A stretch of DNA of 64,000 nt from Bacteroidota bacterium (GTDB taxonomy: Bacteria > Bacteroidota > Bacteroidia > UBA7662 > JAIXUI01). The first letter of the stretch is position 1. Every line of letters begins with the position of its first letter. The translations under genes and the position numbers were made by a program. The DNA is taken from the NCBI GenBank assembly GCA_027484125.1, contig JAIXUI010000124.1, positions 10,254 through 74,253 on the forward strand, read 5' to 3'. Shown in pieces: positions 8,477 through 19,000 of this stretch. The notes below the pieces were generated by a model. The model made no database searches, was not told the DNA's origin, and saw only the letters and a list, made by a program, of their open reading frames with translations.

Positions 8477-10099
8477 TTGCAAGAAGTAGAAAAGGCTCCT
8501 TATGCAGTTTTTCTTCCACTCATCGTTTCTGCTTCACTCGCAGTAGGCATGATGATTGGGCACCAATTCAATCCGTCCGGCAGGTCAGGAACCAATAATG
8601 CCGGCCAGCTTTCAGAGGTAAGCAGGCTTATAAGACACAGCTATGTGGATGAATTAAGCGATGACAGCCTCAGTCAAGCCGGCATTGAAGCACTTCTTTC
8701 ACGCCTCGACCCCTTTTCTAGTTTTATTCCCGCCTCTGAATTAAGGTCGTACAATGAACCTTTAGAAGGCAATTTTCAGGGAATCGGCATTGAATATCTC
8801 ATCTTGCAAGACTCCCTGGTAGTAAGCGCCGTAGTTCCAGGAGGCCCAGCCGATGTTGCTGGCCTTAAGCCTGGGGACCGTATTTTCAAAGTCAATGCTC
8901 GAAATTTCACTGGAAAATGGCTTAACAACGATACCATCCAGCAAACCATACGCGGCCAGGAAGGCACTTCCGTTCAGCTGAGCGTGCTCAAATCAAATGG
9001 GGTCGCAGTTAATAAAAAGCTGGTTCGAACTAAAATTCCTATTCACAGCATCGAAACCGCTTTGATGCTTGACACAAAAACCGGATTTATAAAGCTCAAT
9101 AAATTCAGCGCCAGCACTTTAGATGAATTCAGAAAGTCTTTCACTATCCTAAGAGCGAAAGGCATGGAGCAGCTCATTCTCGATTTAAGAGACAATCCGG
9201 GAGGTTATCTGGAAGCTGCCATTGGGTTAGCCGATGAATTCCTCGAAGAAGACAACCTGATTACTTACACCCAAGGCGCACATGCACCGTTGCGAGAAAT
9301 GTACGCCACAGGTATGGGGCGATTTGAACGAGGAAAATTGGCCGTTTTAATCAATGAAAATTCTGCCTCTGCTTCAGAAGTGGTGGCAGGTGCTCTTCAA
9401 GACCATGATCGTGCACTACTCATTGGCCGCAGATCGTATGGCAAAGGGTTGGTGCAAGAACAATTCGACTTGAGCGACGGAAGCGCAGTGAGGCTTACCA
9501 TCGCCAGGTATTTTTCCCCTAGTGGCAGGTGTATTCAGCGCGACTACAGTCAGGGGCAAATCGCCTTTCAGGAAGACTGGCAAAACCGCTGGAATACTGG
9601 TGAGTTTTTCGACGAGGCCGCCTTCAAACCGGATAGTAGTCTTATGTATAAAACTTCACAAGGCAAAACTGTTTTCGGCGGTGGCGGAGTTACTCCTGAT
9701 TATTTCATCCCATTAGACACCACTGCTGATGGGCTTTTCAGATTCCTTGAAGCTGAATCGCTTGATTTAAGCGACTTTCTCGCTAAACTTTCTGACCTCA
9801 ACCGCAGTAGCTGGATGAATAAATATCAAGGAACAAAGTTCAATGCCATATTCGACAATGAACGCCTAACTGATAAGTTGGCTGCTTGGATGCGATTAAG
9901 TAGCGCCCAGCTTCAACAAGCTAAATGGTTCAAATCGTTGAAAAGAATCACCATACTAAGAATATCACGTAGCTTATGGGGTAACGATTTCTATTATAGC
10001 CTACAAACCCAAGACGATGCGTTTGTAAAAAAAGCTTTATCCCTTTTAAATACAGCTGATAAATTGAGAAACCCTCAGTCAGCCAAACTTAATCCCTAA
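8477..10099 (+). CDS. ctpA: S41-family C-terminal processing peptidase (tail-specific protease)
   Basis: N-terminal TM helix, a PDZ region (GLKPGDRIFKVNARNF), and the S41 catalytic region LILDLRDNPGGYL...GRRSYGKG. The start codon is TTG at 8477. Confidence 0.8.
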   Translation: MQEVEKAPYAVFLPLIVSASLAVGMMIGHQFNPSGRSGTNNAGQLSEVSRLIRHSYVDELSDDSLSQAGIEALLSRLDPFSSFIPASELRSYNEPLEGNFQGIGIEYLILQDSLVVSAVVPGGPADVAGLKPGDRIFKVNARNFTGKWLNNDTIQQTIRGQEGTSVQLSVLKSNGVAVNKKLVRTKIPIHSIETALMLDTKTGFIKLNKFSASTLDEFRKSFTILRAKGMEQLILDLRDNPGGYLEAAIGLADEFLEEDNLITYTQGAHAPLREMYATGMGRFERGKLAVLINENSASASEVVAGALQDHDRALLIGRRSYGKGLVQEQFDLSDGSAVRLTIARYFSPSGRCIQRDYSQGQIAFQEDWQNRWNTGEFFDEAAFKPDSSLMYKTSQGKTVFGGGGVTPDYFIPLDTTADGLFRFLEAESLDLSDFLAKLSDLNRSSWMNKYQGTKFNAIFDNERLTDKLAAWMRLSSAQLQQAKWFKSLKRITILRISRSLWGNDFYYSLQTQDDAFVKKALSLLNTADKLRNPQSAKLNP

Positions 10100-10883
10100 C
10101 CTTGTAACAACGCCCCTCTTCCGCTACTGAAGTAGCTGAAAATACGGCAACAGCTTCTTCCAGATGCTCAAAGGTATCTTTGTATCTGGCAGAAAAATGT
10201 CCTATCAATAATTGTGAAGCATTGCTTGCCTGGGCAATAAGTGCAGCTTGCCTGGCAGTACTATGACCGGTAGCGATGGCTTTATGCTCAAGCTCTTCCG
10301 TAAAAGTGGCTTCGTGGTAAAGCAAATCAACACCATAGAGATTTCTGGCAAGTTCCGGCAAATAAACAGTATCAGAGATATAGGCATAAGAGGCCTTTTT
10401 TTCCTCTAACAGCGTAGAAAACAGAAAACCGGTTGTAGGGATTCGGTGAGCGATGGGCAGTGATTTCAAAAGCAGTTGACCTTCAATCTCCCATTCATGC
10501 ACTTGATGAGGTGAGGTTTGGTGAAAGACCAGCGGATAGCCCATAGGGCCGCCGCTATGAGAAAAAATAAGTTGTAAAAGCTCTTCCAGACCCGCGGGTG
10601 CGTATAAATGCAATGGCTTGGTTCGTCCGGTTAAATGCCAAGCCGTTAGCAAACCAGGCAATCCGAAGTAGTGGTCACCATGCAAATGGGTGATGCAGAT
10701 GTGGTCAATTCTACCCAACTTAAGCCCATATCGGAGAAGCTGCATTTGAGTACCTTCTCCGCAATCGATAAGAATTCTTAGTTGGTTATAGACAAGCAGG
10801 TGGGAAGAAGGATTTCTCCATGGAACTGGAGTAGCAGAGCCCGAGCCCAATACATGCACTTCAAAGGGTGGGACACCACTCAT
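10089..10883 (-). CDS. rnz: ribonuclease Z (MBL-fold metallo-hydrolase)
   Basis: ITHLHGDHYFGLPGLL histidine motif and a short-form RNase Z-like layout. Track start 10886 is GTG; ATG at 10883. Confidence 0.65.
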   Translation of the reverse strand: MSGVPPFEVHVLGSGSATPVPWRNPSSHLLVYNQLRILIDCGEGTQMQLLRYGLKLGRIDHICITHLHGDHYFGLPGLLTAWHLTGRTKPLHLYAPAGLEELLQLIFSHSGGPMGYPLVFHQTSPHQVHEWEIEGQLLLKSLPIAHRIPTTGFLFSTLLEEKKASYAYISDTVYLPELARNLYGVDLLYHEATFTEELEHKAIATGHSTARQAALIAQASNASQLLIGHFSARYKDTFEHLEEAVAVFSATSVAEEGRCYKVRD

Positions 10884-10889
10884 CACTTT

Positions 10890-11270
10890 CTATTCTGCTT
10901 CTTCGCCGCCAAGCTCGCGTTCAATTTCTTCAATAAAAACCAAATCTACTGCTTCCTCTAAGGATGGAATGATGGTAAGCACAGTCTCCAACTGAGAAAT
11001 CTGAATCAACTTGCGGACGTTAGCACTTGGTCTCGCCAAGATAAAGGAACCTTGAGACGATTTGCAAAGCCTGTTTCCAACCAATAAAGCACTAAGTCCG
11101 GAGCTATCCACATACTCTATTTGCGCCATGTCAACGATGATGTTTCGTACCCCTTCAGAGTTTAGAAATACAAACTCTGATTTAAACTCAGCGGAGATAG
11201 ATGAATCGAGCTTTTCCTCCTGCAACTGTACCGCAGTGTATTTTTCGTGCTTGTCTAGTAAAATTTTCAT
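10890..11270 (-). CDS. STAS-domain protein (anti-sigma factor antagonist-like)
   Basis: IIVDMAQIEYVDSSGLSALLVGNRL is SpoIIAA-like. Track start 11282 is TTG; the ATG at 11270 gives MKILLDKHE... Confidence 0.65.
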   Translation of the reverse strand: MKILLDKHEKYTAVQLQEEKLDSSISAEFKSEFVFLNSEGVRNIIVDMAQIEYVDSSGLSALLVGNRLCKSSQGSFILARPSANVRKLIQISQLETVLTIIPSLEEAVDLVFIEEIERELGGEEAE

Positions 11271-11311
11271 GGGTTGAAGCAAATGTAGTAAACGAATTAA
11301 TATATCAAGAC

Positions 11312-12259
11312 TTATTGATTCAGCTCCTTAATCAGGTTATTCTCTAACGCTTCTAGGTCAATATCGGAAGAGGATGTAAAGGGATTCCCTGTAATTCTGG
11401 TATATAATTCGGCATATCGCGACTGAATCTCTTGCACTTTTTCATCTGTCATTGCTGGCATCAGCTCCCCATGGCGGCCTTGAAACCCTTCCGAAATCAG
11501 CCATTCCCGAACAAATTCTTTTGAAAGCTGGCGAGGTCTTTCCCCTTTTTCCATTCGGGTGTGATAGTCAGAGGCCTCGAAATAACGAGAGGAGTCAGGG
11601 GTATGGATTTCGTCGATCAACATCAATCCCCCATCTTTCGTCCTGCCAAATTCATATTTAGTATCTACCAGAATCAGCCCTCTTGCTGCAGCTAACTCAG
11701 TTCCTCTTTGAAAGAGTTCCAAAGCAATTTTCGTCAAAGCCATCGCTTCCAACTCATTCAGAATTCCAGCCGAAACCGCATCTTCTATGCTGATATCTTC
11801 GTCATGACCTTGAGAAGCTTTGGTAGTTGGTGTGATAATTGGCGTTTCAAAAGGTTGGTTTTCCAACAGTCCGTTGGGAAGCTGAACTCCACAAAGAAGT
11901 CGATGGCCTTGTGCGTACATGCGTGCTGCGTGCCCTACCAAATAACCTCTTACTACTATTTCAAGCTTGACCGGTTCACAAGCTTGACCGATACTTACAC
12001 CAGGAGCGGGAGACTTTTCAAGCCAAACCGGGACAATATCCTTCACGGACTCCAGCATTAATGCGGCAATTTCATTAAGAATAGCGCCTTTACCAGGGAT
12101 ACATCGAGGCAGAATGACATCAAAAGCTGAGATTCTATCTGTAGCTACCACCACTAAACGATCATTTTCCATGTAATAAACATCACGCACTTTACCCTCA
12201 TATCGGTTCAACTGTCCGGGAAGTCTAAACTGGGTTCGCTTTATTCCACTGCTAATCAT
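11312..12259 (-). CDS. purC: phosphoribosylaminoimidazole-succinocarboxamide synthase (SAICAR synthetase)
   Basis: YEGKVRDVYYMENDRLVVVATDRISAFDV is the SAICAR synthetase signature. Confidence 0.85.
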   Translation of the reverse strand: MISSGIKRTQFRLPGQLNRYEGKVRDVYYMENDRLVVVATDRISAFDVILPRCIPGKGAILNEIAALMLESVKDIVPVWLEKSPAPGVSIGQACEPVKLEIVVRGYLVGHAARMYAQGHRLLCGVQLPNGLLENQPFETPIITPTTKASQGHDEDISIEDAVSAGILNELEAMALTKIALELFQRGTELAAARGLILVDTKYEFGRTKDGGLMLIDEIHTPDSSRYFEASDYHTRMEKGERPRQLSKEFVREWLISEGFQGRHGELMPAMTDEKVQEIQSRYAELYTRITGNPFTSSSDIDLEALENNLIKELNQ

Positions 12260-13224
12260 TATTGCGGGTTTGATTCTTCATCCTTTTCATAAGCCCGGAG
12301 TATTCTTTTGACCAACTTATGCCTTAAAACATCATCTGTAGTAAGTTGAACCATTTCAATACCTTCTACTCCTTCTAAGATTCGTATGGCTTGTACCAGG
12401 CCGGAGTGTTGCTTTCTCGGTAAATCAATTTGAGTTAAATCACCAGTAATGATAAACTTAGCCGTAGGCCCCATTCTCGTAAGGAACATTTTCAACTGAA
12501 GGCGAGTCGCATTTTGTGCTTCGTCCAAAATCACAAAGGCTTTATCTAGTGTCCTTCCTCGCATAAATGCCAAAGGAGCGATCTCTATAACACCGGTATC
12601 GAGATAATTCTTCAACTTATCTGCTTGAATCATATCACCAAGTGCATCGTATAATGGACGGAGATATGGATCGATTTTTTCTTTCATATCACCGGGTAGA
12701 AAGCCAAGATTCTCTCCTGCTTCTACAGCAGGGCGTGTGAGAATAATCTTCTTCACTTCTCTATTCTTAAGTGAACGAACAGCTAGTGCTACTGCGGTAT
12801 AAGTCTTACCACTTCCGGCTGGTCCTATCGCAAAAAGTACATCATGTTCTGAGATGGCCTTCACCATCTTTTTTTGGTTCTCCGTTTTAGCCCTAACTAC
12901 GAATCCATTGGGGCCATAAACCAAAGCCTCTGCCTCATTCGGGTTGGTGTAAGGTGCTAAAGGAATTGAACCAAGAGATGCAAATACTGATTTAAAATCC
13001 TCATCATTCAACTCACCAACTTGCTGAAAACGATCATGCAATTGGGATAAACCTCCTTTAAGGCGTTCTACGTCTTCTGCTGTTCCACTAAACTTTAGTG
13101 AACCGCCTCTGAGATTAAAAACAACCTGTGGAAAAGCGGCACGAAGCCATTTGATATTGGAATCTGATGGCCCTAAAAAAGCTACTAAGGCTAAACCATC
13201 TAAAGGGAAGATGTACTCAATCAA
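12259..13224 (-). CDS. phoH: PhoH-family ATPase
   Basis: Walker A FAIGPAGSGKTYTAVALAV and the PhoH C-terminal region. The track start is TTG. It overlaps the purC start by 1 nt. Confidence 0.8.
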   Translation of the reverse strand: MIEYIFPLDGLALVAFLGPSDSNIKWLRAAFPQVVFNLRGGSLKFSGTAEDVERLKGGLSQLHDRFQQVGELNDEDFKSVFASLGSIPLAPYTNPNEAEALVYGPNGFVVRAKTENQKKMVKAISEHDVLFAIGPAGSGKTYTAVALAVRSLKNREVKKIILTRPAVEAGENLGFLPGDMKEKIDPYLRPLYDALGDMIQADKLKNYLDTGVIEIAPLAFMRGRTLDKAFVILDEAQNATRLQLKMFLTRMGPTAKFIITGDLTQIDLPRKQHSGLVQAIRILEGVEGIEMVQLTTDDVLRHKLVKRILRAYEKDEESNPQ

Positions 13225-14005
13225 GATGTTAACTTTGTTTTGGATGACTGAACTTATAACACTTACAACTTCCTGGGGTTTCCATGATTTTTATGGAAAC
13301 TTGCTCCAGCACAAACTGGAGGATGAATTTCAGGTTAAAACTGTAGTACTCAGTCATTCAATACCCAAATATAACAACTATGAAGCTGCTTGGCAGGTAA
13401 AAAACGCTGTCAATTTTTTACTTAAACCAGCATTACATGTTATTGACACCGGCTCGGTGTATGATGAAAACCAAACAAGACTTTTGGTCAAAAACAACGA
13501 CCAGTTATACCTCTGTAAAAACAATGGAACCATTAGTCTCTTAGGACTAAACAATAAGGAGGTTTTTGAAATTGAAGGCCGTTCAGGGAACGCCATTACC
13601 AGCTTAATTCAACAAGTAAATAGGGTCTTATCCAATGAAGCTGGTTTAAATCTGGCCAACAGAATCAAAGAAACCTTACTCCCCGCTGCCAAGGATGAAA
13701 CTCACGCAATAACAGGTATAATTCTTTATAAGGATGCTCAAGGGCATTTACATACCAACATCACCAAAGAAGAGATAATCAAAAAAGGCTGGGATTTAGA
13801 TAAAATAAATATCCAAACACAGAAAATAGGGCAAATTCCTTTTCTACTTAATAAACCTAAAGACCAACAGCTCAAAAGCAATGATGCTATCCTTGGCTAT
13901 AATTTTGAAGAAAAGCTATACATCTTCTTTGAACAGGGCGACGGAGCTTCTATTCTAGGCATTAATCAAGGAGATTACGTGAAAATCACCCACAACCTAA
14001 TATGA
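13211..14005 (+). CDS. hypothetical protein (N-terminal hydrophobic segment)
   Basis: Track ORF 13151..14005. The first ATG that does not overlap phoH is at 13211, with another at 13226. I see no recognisable domain. It is translationally coupled (ATGA) to the downstream ABM gene. Confidence 0.45.
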   Translation: MYSIKMLTLFWMTELITLTTSWGFHDFYGNLLQHKLEDEFQVKTVVLSHSIPKYNNYEAAWQVKNAVNFLLKPALHVIDTGSVYDENQTRLLVKNNDQLYLCKNNGTISLLGLNNKEVFEIEGRSGNAITSLIQQVNRVLSNEAGLNLANRIKETLLPAAKDETHAITGIILYKDAQGHLHTNITKEEIIKKGWDLDKINIQTQKIGQIPFLLNKPKDQQLKSNDAILGYNFEEKLYIFFEQGDGASILGINQGDYVKITHNLI

Positions 14006-14292
14006 TAGTTAGAATAGTTAAAATGACCTTTCAGACAGAGGCAGTGCCAGAATTCCTTCATATCATGAAGAAATCACATCATCGAATACGCTCTTCCACA
14101 GGATGTATCAGTTTAGAGGTAATTCAAGACCTCTATCAACAGAACGTATTCTTCACCTACAGCAAATGGGAAGACGAAAGCAATCTAAACGATTACAGGA
14201 ATTCTGAAATTTTCCATGAAGTATGGCCTGCTACCAAAGCACTATTTGCTGCTAAACCAGAAACTTGGACACTACAACCATTAACATTTTAA
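14002..14292 (+). CDS. antibiotic biosynthesis monooxygenase (ABM) family protein
   Basis: 96 aa, MIVRIVKMTFQTEAVPEFLHIMKK...FFTYSKWEDESNLNDYRNSEIFHEVW resembles the ABM/YgiN-like fold family. Confidence 0.55.
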   Translation: MIVRIVKMTFQTEAVPEFLHIMKKSHHRIRSSTGCISLEVIQDLYQQNVFFTYSKWEDESNLNDYRNSEIFHEVWPATKALFAAKPETWTLQPLTF

Positions 14293-14294
14293 TC

Positions 14295-14327
14295 AAAAAA
14301 AAAGGGGAGCAATGCTCCCCTTTTTTT
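14295..14327. terminator. Bidirectional rho-independent terminator
   Basis: The sequence aaaaaaaaaGGGGAGCaatGCTCCCCttttttt is a perfect GC stem flanked by an A-run and a T-run. It sits between the convergent ABM gene (+) and gldN (-). Confidence 0.85.
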
Positions 14328-14335
14328 GATTTGTT

Positions 14336-15283
14336 TTAGTATTCCCAAAGTGCCATTTCCACATCAAGAATTTTATTCTTAACGCGATCTGCTTCTTTAA
14401 GGATATCTTTACCTGTTTTATAATCTTCAATACGACGATCTTTTACATCAGACTCTTTGTAGATATAACTGCTAAAGAGTCTTTTAATAAAGAAGTCATC
14501 GAAAGAAATTTTGTTACCATCATTTTGCCAATTAAACACTTCTGTTGCGGCTAAATCCTCTCGGATTGATGGATAATAAACCCAGAACATAGCCTGCTCT
14601 CCGATAACCTGACCTTCAGATTTCAGATACTTAACAGGAGCGATAGCAATGATGCGTACCTGCATAGAAGAATAATTCTTGTCGAAGAACCATTCTTCTT
14701 TGATACGATATTTGATAACATCTTCAGGATTGAATTCTGTTTTCTGAGGAACAAAGGTTACTTCTCCAGTTTCCAAATCGGTCTTCTGAACTGTATCAAC
14801 TTTTGTTAAAGTATTAAGAACATCAGAAGAAGAGATGGCATTGTCTTGAATTAACTCTGGTTCAGAAAAGATTACACCTTCTAACTTACCTGATTTCAGA
14901 GAGTTGAGCATTACATCAATCAATCTGCTTTTGGGATAAGTTAAAGGAAGATTCGACTTCTGAGATAAGTCAACCACACGCAACACATTCCAAGAATAAA
15001 CCGCGTCTGCTTGACGAGTGAAAGCAAGAGGCACAGGTGGTTTCTTTTCGAAATGCTCACGTTTGTAAGCACCATCAACTAAACCTTCCTTGATTTTAGG
15101 ACGCTCTTTCTTTGGAGGCTCAGCAGGAGCTTCAGTTACGGATGAAGCCGGAGTAGGAGTTGGTGCGCTGGTAGCGGTATTGGTAGAAGTTTTAGACTTC
15201 TTTTTACCTTTTCTCTTCTGTGCATCAGCATTGTATGCTAATACCGTAGAGAAAACAATAACCAATGTGAGAAATTTCCTCAT
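14336..15283 (-). CDS. gldN: gliding motility / type IX secretion system protein GldN (PorN)
   Basis: Signal peptide MRKFLTLVIVFSTVLAYNADAQ, ~315 aa, and last gene of the gldKLMN block. Confidence 0.8.
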   Translation of the reverse strand: MRKFLTLVIVFSTVLAYNADAQKRKGKKKSKTSTNTATSAPTPTPASSVTEAPAEPPKKERPKIKEGLVDGAYKREHFEKKPPVPLAFTRQADAVYSWNVLRVVDLSQKSNLPLTYPKSRLIDVMLNSLKSGKLEGVIFSEPELIQDNAISSSDVLNTLTKVDTVQKTDLETGEVTFVPQKTEFNPEDVIKYRIKEEWFFDKNYSSMQVRIIAIAPVKYLKSEGQVIGEQAMFWVYYPSIREDLAATEVFNWQNDGNKISFDDFFIKRLFSSYIYKESDVKDRRIEDYKTGKDILKEADRVKNKILDVEMALWEY

Positions 15284-15294
15284 GTGCTGAAAGA

Positions 15295-16842
15295 TCAGTT
15301 AATGTTGTAAATAATTGGAGCAAGCTTACGTGGGGTGTTATCAGGACCACGGGCTTCAATCTCATCGAAGATAAATTTGTCACCAGGTTTTGCTCCGGTT
15401 ACAAATCCTGAGGCATCACCACTAAAAGCAGGTCCGGTAATTTGTCTTACAATCGGGTCACGGCGTGGTGGCAAATAAATCATTCTGAATTTGGTCACTT
15501 TAAACTTCAAGTCGAAGTCAAAATCCTTTAAGACCGCAATCAATCCAGCTTGTGCTTTGAAGTTAGCAGATGATACTGAACCTGGGTCAACACCACCAAC
15601 TGTTGCGGTAGGATTTGGGACATACTTCACACGGAATTCTGATGCACCCATGTTCATTTGCTTGCCACTAACCTCAGCATTTACAGTTACAGTAACCTTA
15701 CCAGGTTTCTCCTGACGAACAACGTACTTACCATTTGAACCAGTAATAGTACCACCACTGATGCTAGGTCTTACTTTATCAAGAGGCACACCGGGAACTG
15801 AAATAGAAACCGGGTTGTCAACACCTACATAAAATACATTCATTTTATCAGGTGAAACAACTGCTGCTGGCTTGGCAACTTGATACTCAGCTTCAAATGG
15901 ATACTCTTTAGTAGAACCATCCGGAGCTTTTACTTCGATAACACCACCCCATTTTTTTACACCTTCAGCAGAAGCACGGGTAGAGTATTTACCCATACCA
16001 GCTTCAACTTTAAGCGGTGAGCCACCTACTTTGATGTTAGGATTTTGACGGCTGTCATAAGCCACTAAAAGCACATCTGCGGTATATTCTTGACCAACAA
16101 GGATGTAGCTGGAAGGAGCAATTACCTTAGCTACTAATTGGTCAAATTTGAAGTCATTTTTATCAATGTCACCCAAAAGGAGTTTTACAATTTCTGCTTC
16201 TGTATTCTTCAAGTCATTTTCATACTTGGTTAGGAGTGTGTATGCTCCAATTACAGGCAATCCATTGAAAGTAGATACAAGCCATTTTTTCTTACCATCC
16301 TTGGCTGCATCAATAGGCATTTTAAAACTAGGCTTATCCTTTTCATCCAGCAGTGTCAACATCTTATCTCTGTAAGTGTTGATTGCATTTTGAAGGTCTA
16401 AACCAAGTTTAGAGTTGCCTTCTTGAACCAAAACTCTAGAAGGAATGTCGATGTTACCATCGTTGATCATTACTTTATGATCTCCTTCGATTTTATAGTC
16501 CTTTTCGTCAACTTTTCCATCTGGAAGACCAGCTTCATCGGTCAGTTTATCTTTGATAGACTTGACCATCGCCATGAGCTTCTCAGTTTCAGCCTTAGCA
16601 ATCATTGCCTTATCGTAAAAAGGCTTTGTTTTACCAGGCTCATCGTCCATTTTCTTTTGGAACTGCTTATACAAGCTTGCGTTCTTATCGGACAACGTTG
16701 TATAAGTAGTTTCAAGACTTGCATTAATCATTGAAAAGGCTTTCAGAATCTCAGCAGACACATTTAATGCTAACAAAGCTGTTAGCACTAAATACATCAT
16801 GTTAATCATCTTCTGCCTGGGTGACAATTTACCACCAGCCAT
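15295..16842 (-). CDS. gldM: gliding motility / T9SS protein GldM (PorM)
   Basis: N-terminal MAGGKLSPRQKMINMMYLVLTALLALNVSAEILKAF is the conserved single TM helix of GldM; ~515 aa periplasmic protein. Confidence 0.85.
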   Translation of the reverse strand: MAGGKLSPRQKMINMMYLVLTALLALNVSAEILKAFSMINASLETTYTTLSDKNASLYKQFQKKMDDEPGKTKPFYDKAMIAKAETEKLMAMVKSIKDKLTDEAGLPDGKVDEKDYKIEGDHKVMINDGNIDIPSRVLVQEGNSKLGLDLQNAINTYRDKMLTLLDEKDKPSFKMPIDAAKDGKKKWLVSTFNGLPVIGAYTLLTKYENDLKNTEAEIVKLLLGDIDKNDFKFDQLVAKVIAPSSYILVGQEYTADVLLVAYDSRQNPNIKVGGSPLKVEAGMGKYSTRASAEGVKKWGGVIEVKAPDGSTKEYPFEAEYQVAKPAAVVSPDKMNVFYVGVDNPVSISVPGVPLDKVRPSISGGTITGSNGKYVVRQEKPGKVTVTVNAEVSGKQMNMGASEFRVKYVPNPTATVGGVDPGSVSSANFKAQAGLIAVLKDFDFDLKFKVTKFRMIYLPPRRDPIVRQITGPAFSGDASGFVTGAKPGDKFIFDEIEARGPDNTPRKLAPIIYNIN

Positions 16843-16894
16843 CTGCTCGTTATTGAGTAAGTTAAATTATAGAAACAAAAATGAACAAAGACGC

Positions 16895-17689
16895 TTAGGC
16901 GCGTGGTGCTGACATGGCAGCAAGCATGTTACCGTAAATAGCATTGAGAGAAGCAAGATTCTTAGAAAGTTTGCTTACTTCTTCTTTATACTTTTCAGTG
17001 TCTTTAACAGCATCTTCCAATTGTTTGATAGAGGTGCTGACATTGGCATAGAAAGTATTCATTTGCTTCAAATGGTTACCAGACTCCTTGAGTTCAAGTT
17101 CATACATGGAATTAACCGCTGAAAGGTTTTTCACAAGAATTTGAACTTGATCATGATACTGACGCGAATCTTTTGAAGCAGCAGACATTTCAGAGATAGC
17201 CTCAGAAGCATCATGAGCAGCTTTACCAAAAATACCTACAGAAGAAGCAGCTTGCTTAACATTAACTGCATATTGCTCAGTAACTACGGCAGCATCTGAA
17301 AGATCAGCCATTTTACCAACATTCTCACTGAGGGATTTGAAACTATCACCTAAACTTTTCACCAATTCAGGACCTACTTTAGCTTTTTCAAGCTCAGAGT
17401 CTAGCTGCTGAGTTGGAGTAAGGCCGCCTCTTTTTTTCTTAGAGTCAGCTAATGACTTATCATTCAATTCTGGATAAACAATAGACCAATCAATGTCTTC
17501 GTGAACTGGTTCGAAAGCAGAAACGAAGAAGATTGCTGCTTCAGTTAAAAGACCTACTGTGAGTGCGATATCTGCCCATGAAAGGTGAAGAATTTTACCC
17601 CAAGCTCCGATAATTACGATGGAAGCACCCCATCCGTAGAGGTATCCGAGAAATACTTTACCCTTCTTGGTTGTCAGGAAATTTGCCAT
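16895..17689 (-). CDS. gldL: gliding motility / T9SS protein GldL (PorL)
   Basis: MANFLTTKKGKVFLGYLYGWGASIVIIGAWGKILHLSWADIALTVGLLTEAAIFF is the conserved two-helix N-terminus of GldL. Confidence 0.85.
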   Translation of the reverse strand: MANFLTTKKGKVFLGYLYGWGASIVIIGAWGKILHLSWADIALTVGLLTEAAIFFVSAFEPVHEDIDWSIVYPELNDKSLADSKKKRGGLTPTQQLDSELEKAKVGPELVKSLGDSFKSLSENVGKMADLSDAAVVTEQYAVNVKQAASSVGIFGKAAHDASEAISEMSAASKDSRQYHDQVQILVKNLSAVNSMYELELKESGNHLKQMNTFYANVSTSIKQLEDAVKDTEKYKEEVSKLSKNLASLNAIYGNMLAAMSAPRA

Positions 17690-17740
17690 TGATCCTTTAG
17701 TTTGTTGTTTGAGTCGTTATTTGTTGAAATTGAAAATCGA

Positions 17741-19000
17741 TTAACGGAAGTCGTCAATTGAACGACCGAGGAAGTCCATAACGCAACGGAATCCGATGTA
17801 AGATTTCGCTGAATCTTGGTACTCGTAAGCACGGGTACTATTCTGTAGATAGAACCCGATGTCTTTCCAAGAACCTCCACGGATTACTTTACGCTTAAGA
17901 ACTTTGTCATCACCTTCTTTCGCATTGTAGTAATAGGAAGGGTTCAAGTCATGAACTGTGGAGTTAGAAGCTTCGTCATAAGCAGTAATTGTCCATTCTG
18001 AAACATTACCTGCCATGTTGTACAAGCCATAATCGTTAGGATTATAGGAATATACTTTCACGGTGTAGAAACCACCATCATCGGTGTAGTTACCGCGACC
18101 GGGCTTAAAGTTAGCCAGGAAACATCCTTTGTCATTGCGGATATAAGGACCACCCCAAGGATAAGGAGCTGTGTTACGTCCACCGCGAGCGGCATACTCC
18201 CACTCATATTCAGTAGGAAGGCGGAAATCCCCTTGAGTAGCGAGGTCTTTACCTTGGCGGGCAGTATTCAAGTACATGGTTCTCCAAGCACAGAATGCTT
18301 TTGCTTGATCCCAGGTTACTCCCACAACCGGATAATCGTCGTAAGCAGGGTGGCTGAAGTAGTTGGTAGTTTGAGGCTCGTTGTAAGAGAAAGCGAAGTC
18401 TCTAACCCAAACGAGCGTATCCGGATAAATTTGAATACCCTCTACTTTCTTGATAAACTCAGAGCGCTGCTTTCCTGCGTTCTCACGCTTAGCTGCCTCG
18501 TTGTAATCAAGGTAAGAATAACTGAATTTCAGTTTACGGATGTCTATTTCCATTTTACCAAAAACGCGATCGTTTTCGGTGTAGTACATCTCATTCAACG
18601 ATTCGGTTGTTTCGGGTTTTTCCCAATCCAACTTGGCGTTCCAATCAATATACTCTTTACCATCCGTACCAGATTTTACATGGCCGAGAATTTTGTGAGC
18701 AACAGAGTCTCTCACCCATTCCACAAACTGCCGATACTCATTATTCGAGATTTCGGTGTCATCCATGTAAAATGCCTTAACTGAAACAGTTTTGGTTTGG
18801 GCGTTCAGGGTGTAAAACACATCCTGATCACTTTGGCCTGACTGAAACACACCCTGAGGAATAAAAACAGTACCATAAGGTTCTGACTGGAACCAAGGCT
18901 TGCGGCCTTGAACTCCGGTAAGTTCACCATTATTGGACTTTCCACATCCACTCAGTATTGCGGCTCCGAGCACCGAAATGCCGATCAAAAATCTTCTCAT
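17741..19000 (-). CDS. gldK: gliding motility / T9SS lipoprotein GldK (PorK), FGE/SUMF1-fold
   Basis: Lipobox ILSGCGK, and a formylglycine-generating-enzyme-like domain (RGGSW...GFRCV). Confidence 0.85.
   Translation of the reverse strand: MRRFLIGISVLGAAILSGCGKSNNGELTGVQGRKPWFQSEPYGTVFIPQGVFQSGQSDQDVFYTLNAQTKTVSVKAFYMDDTEISNNEYRQFVEWVRDSVAHKILGHVKSGTDGKEYIDWNAKLDWEKPETTESLNEMYYTENDRVFGKMEIDIRKLKFSYSYLDYNEAAKRENAGKQRSEFIKKVEGIQIYPDTLVWVRDFAFSYNEPQTTNYFSHPAYDDYPVVGVTWDQAKAFCAWRTMYLNTARQGKDLATQGDFRLPTEYEWEYAARGGRNTAPYPWGGPYIRNDKGCFLANFKPGRGNYTDDGGFYTVKVYSYNPNDYGLYNMAGNVSEWTITAYDEASNSTVHDLNPSYYYNAKEGDDKVLKRKVIRGGSWKDIGFYLQNSTRAYEYQDSAKSYIGFRCVMDFLGRSIDDFR

Noticed and set aside
17674-17880. Small ORFs 17674..17880(-), 20111..20356(+), 28288..28497(-), 41026..41937 (several)
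   Set aside because: They overlap well-supported genes (gldK/gldL junction, porP upstream region, the 959-aa protein, rbfA/FtsX) in other frames, and have no domain signatures.
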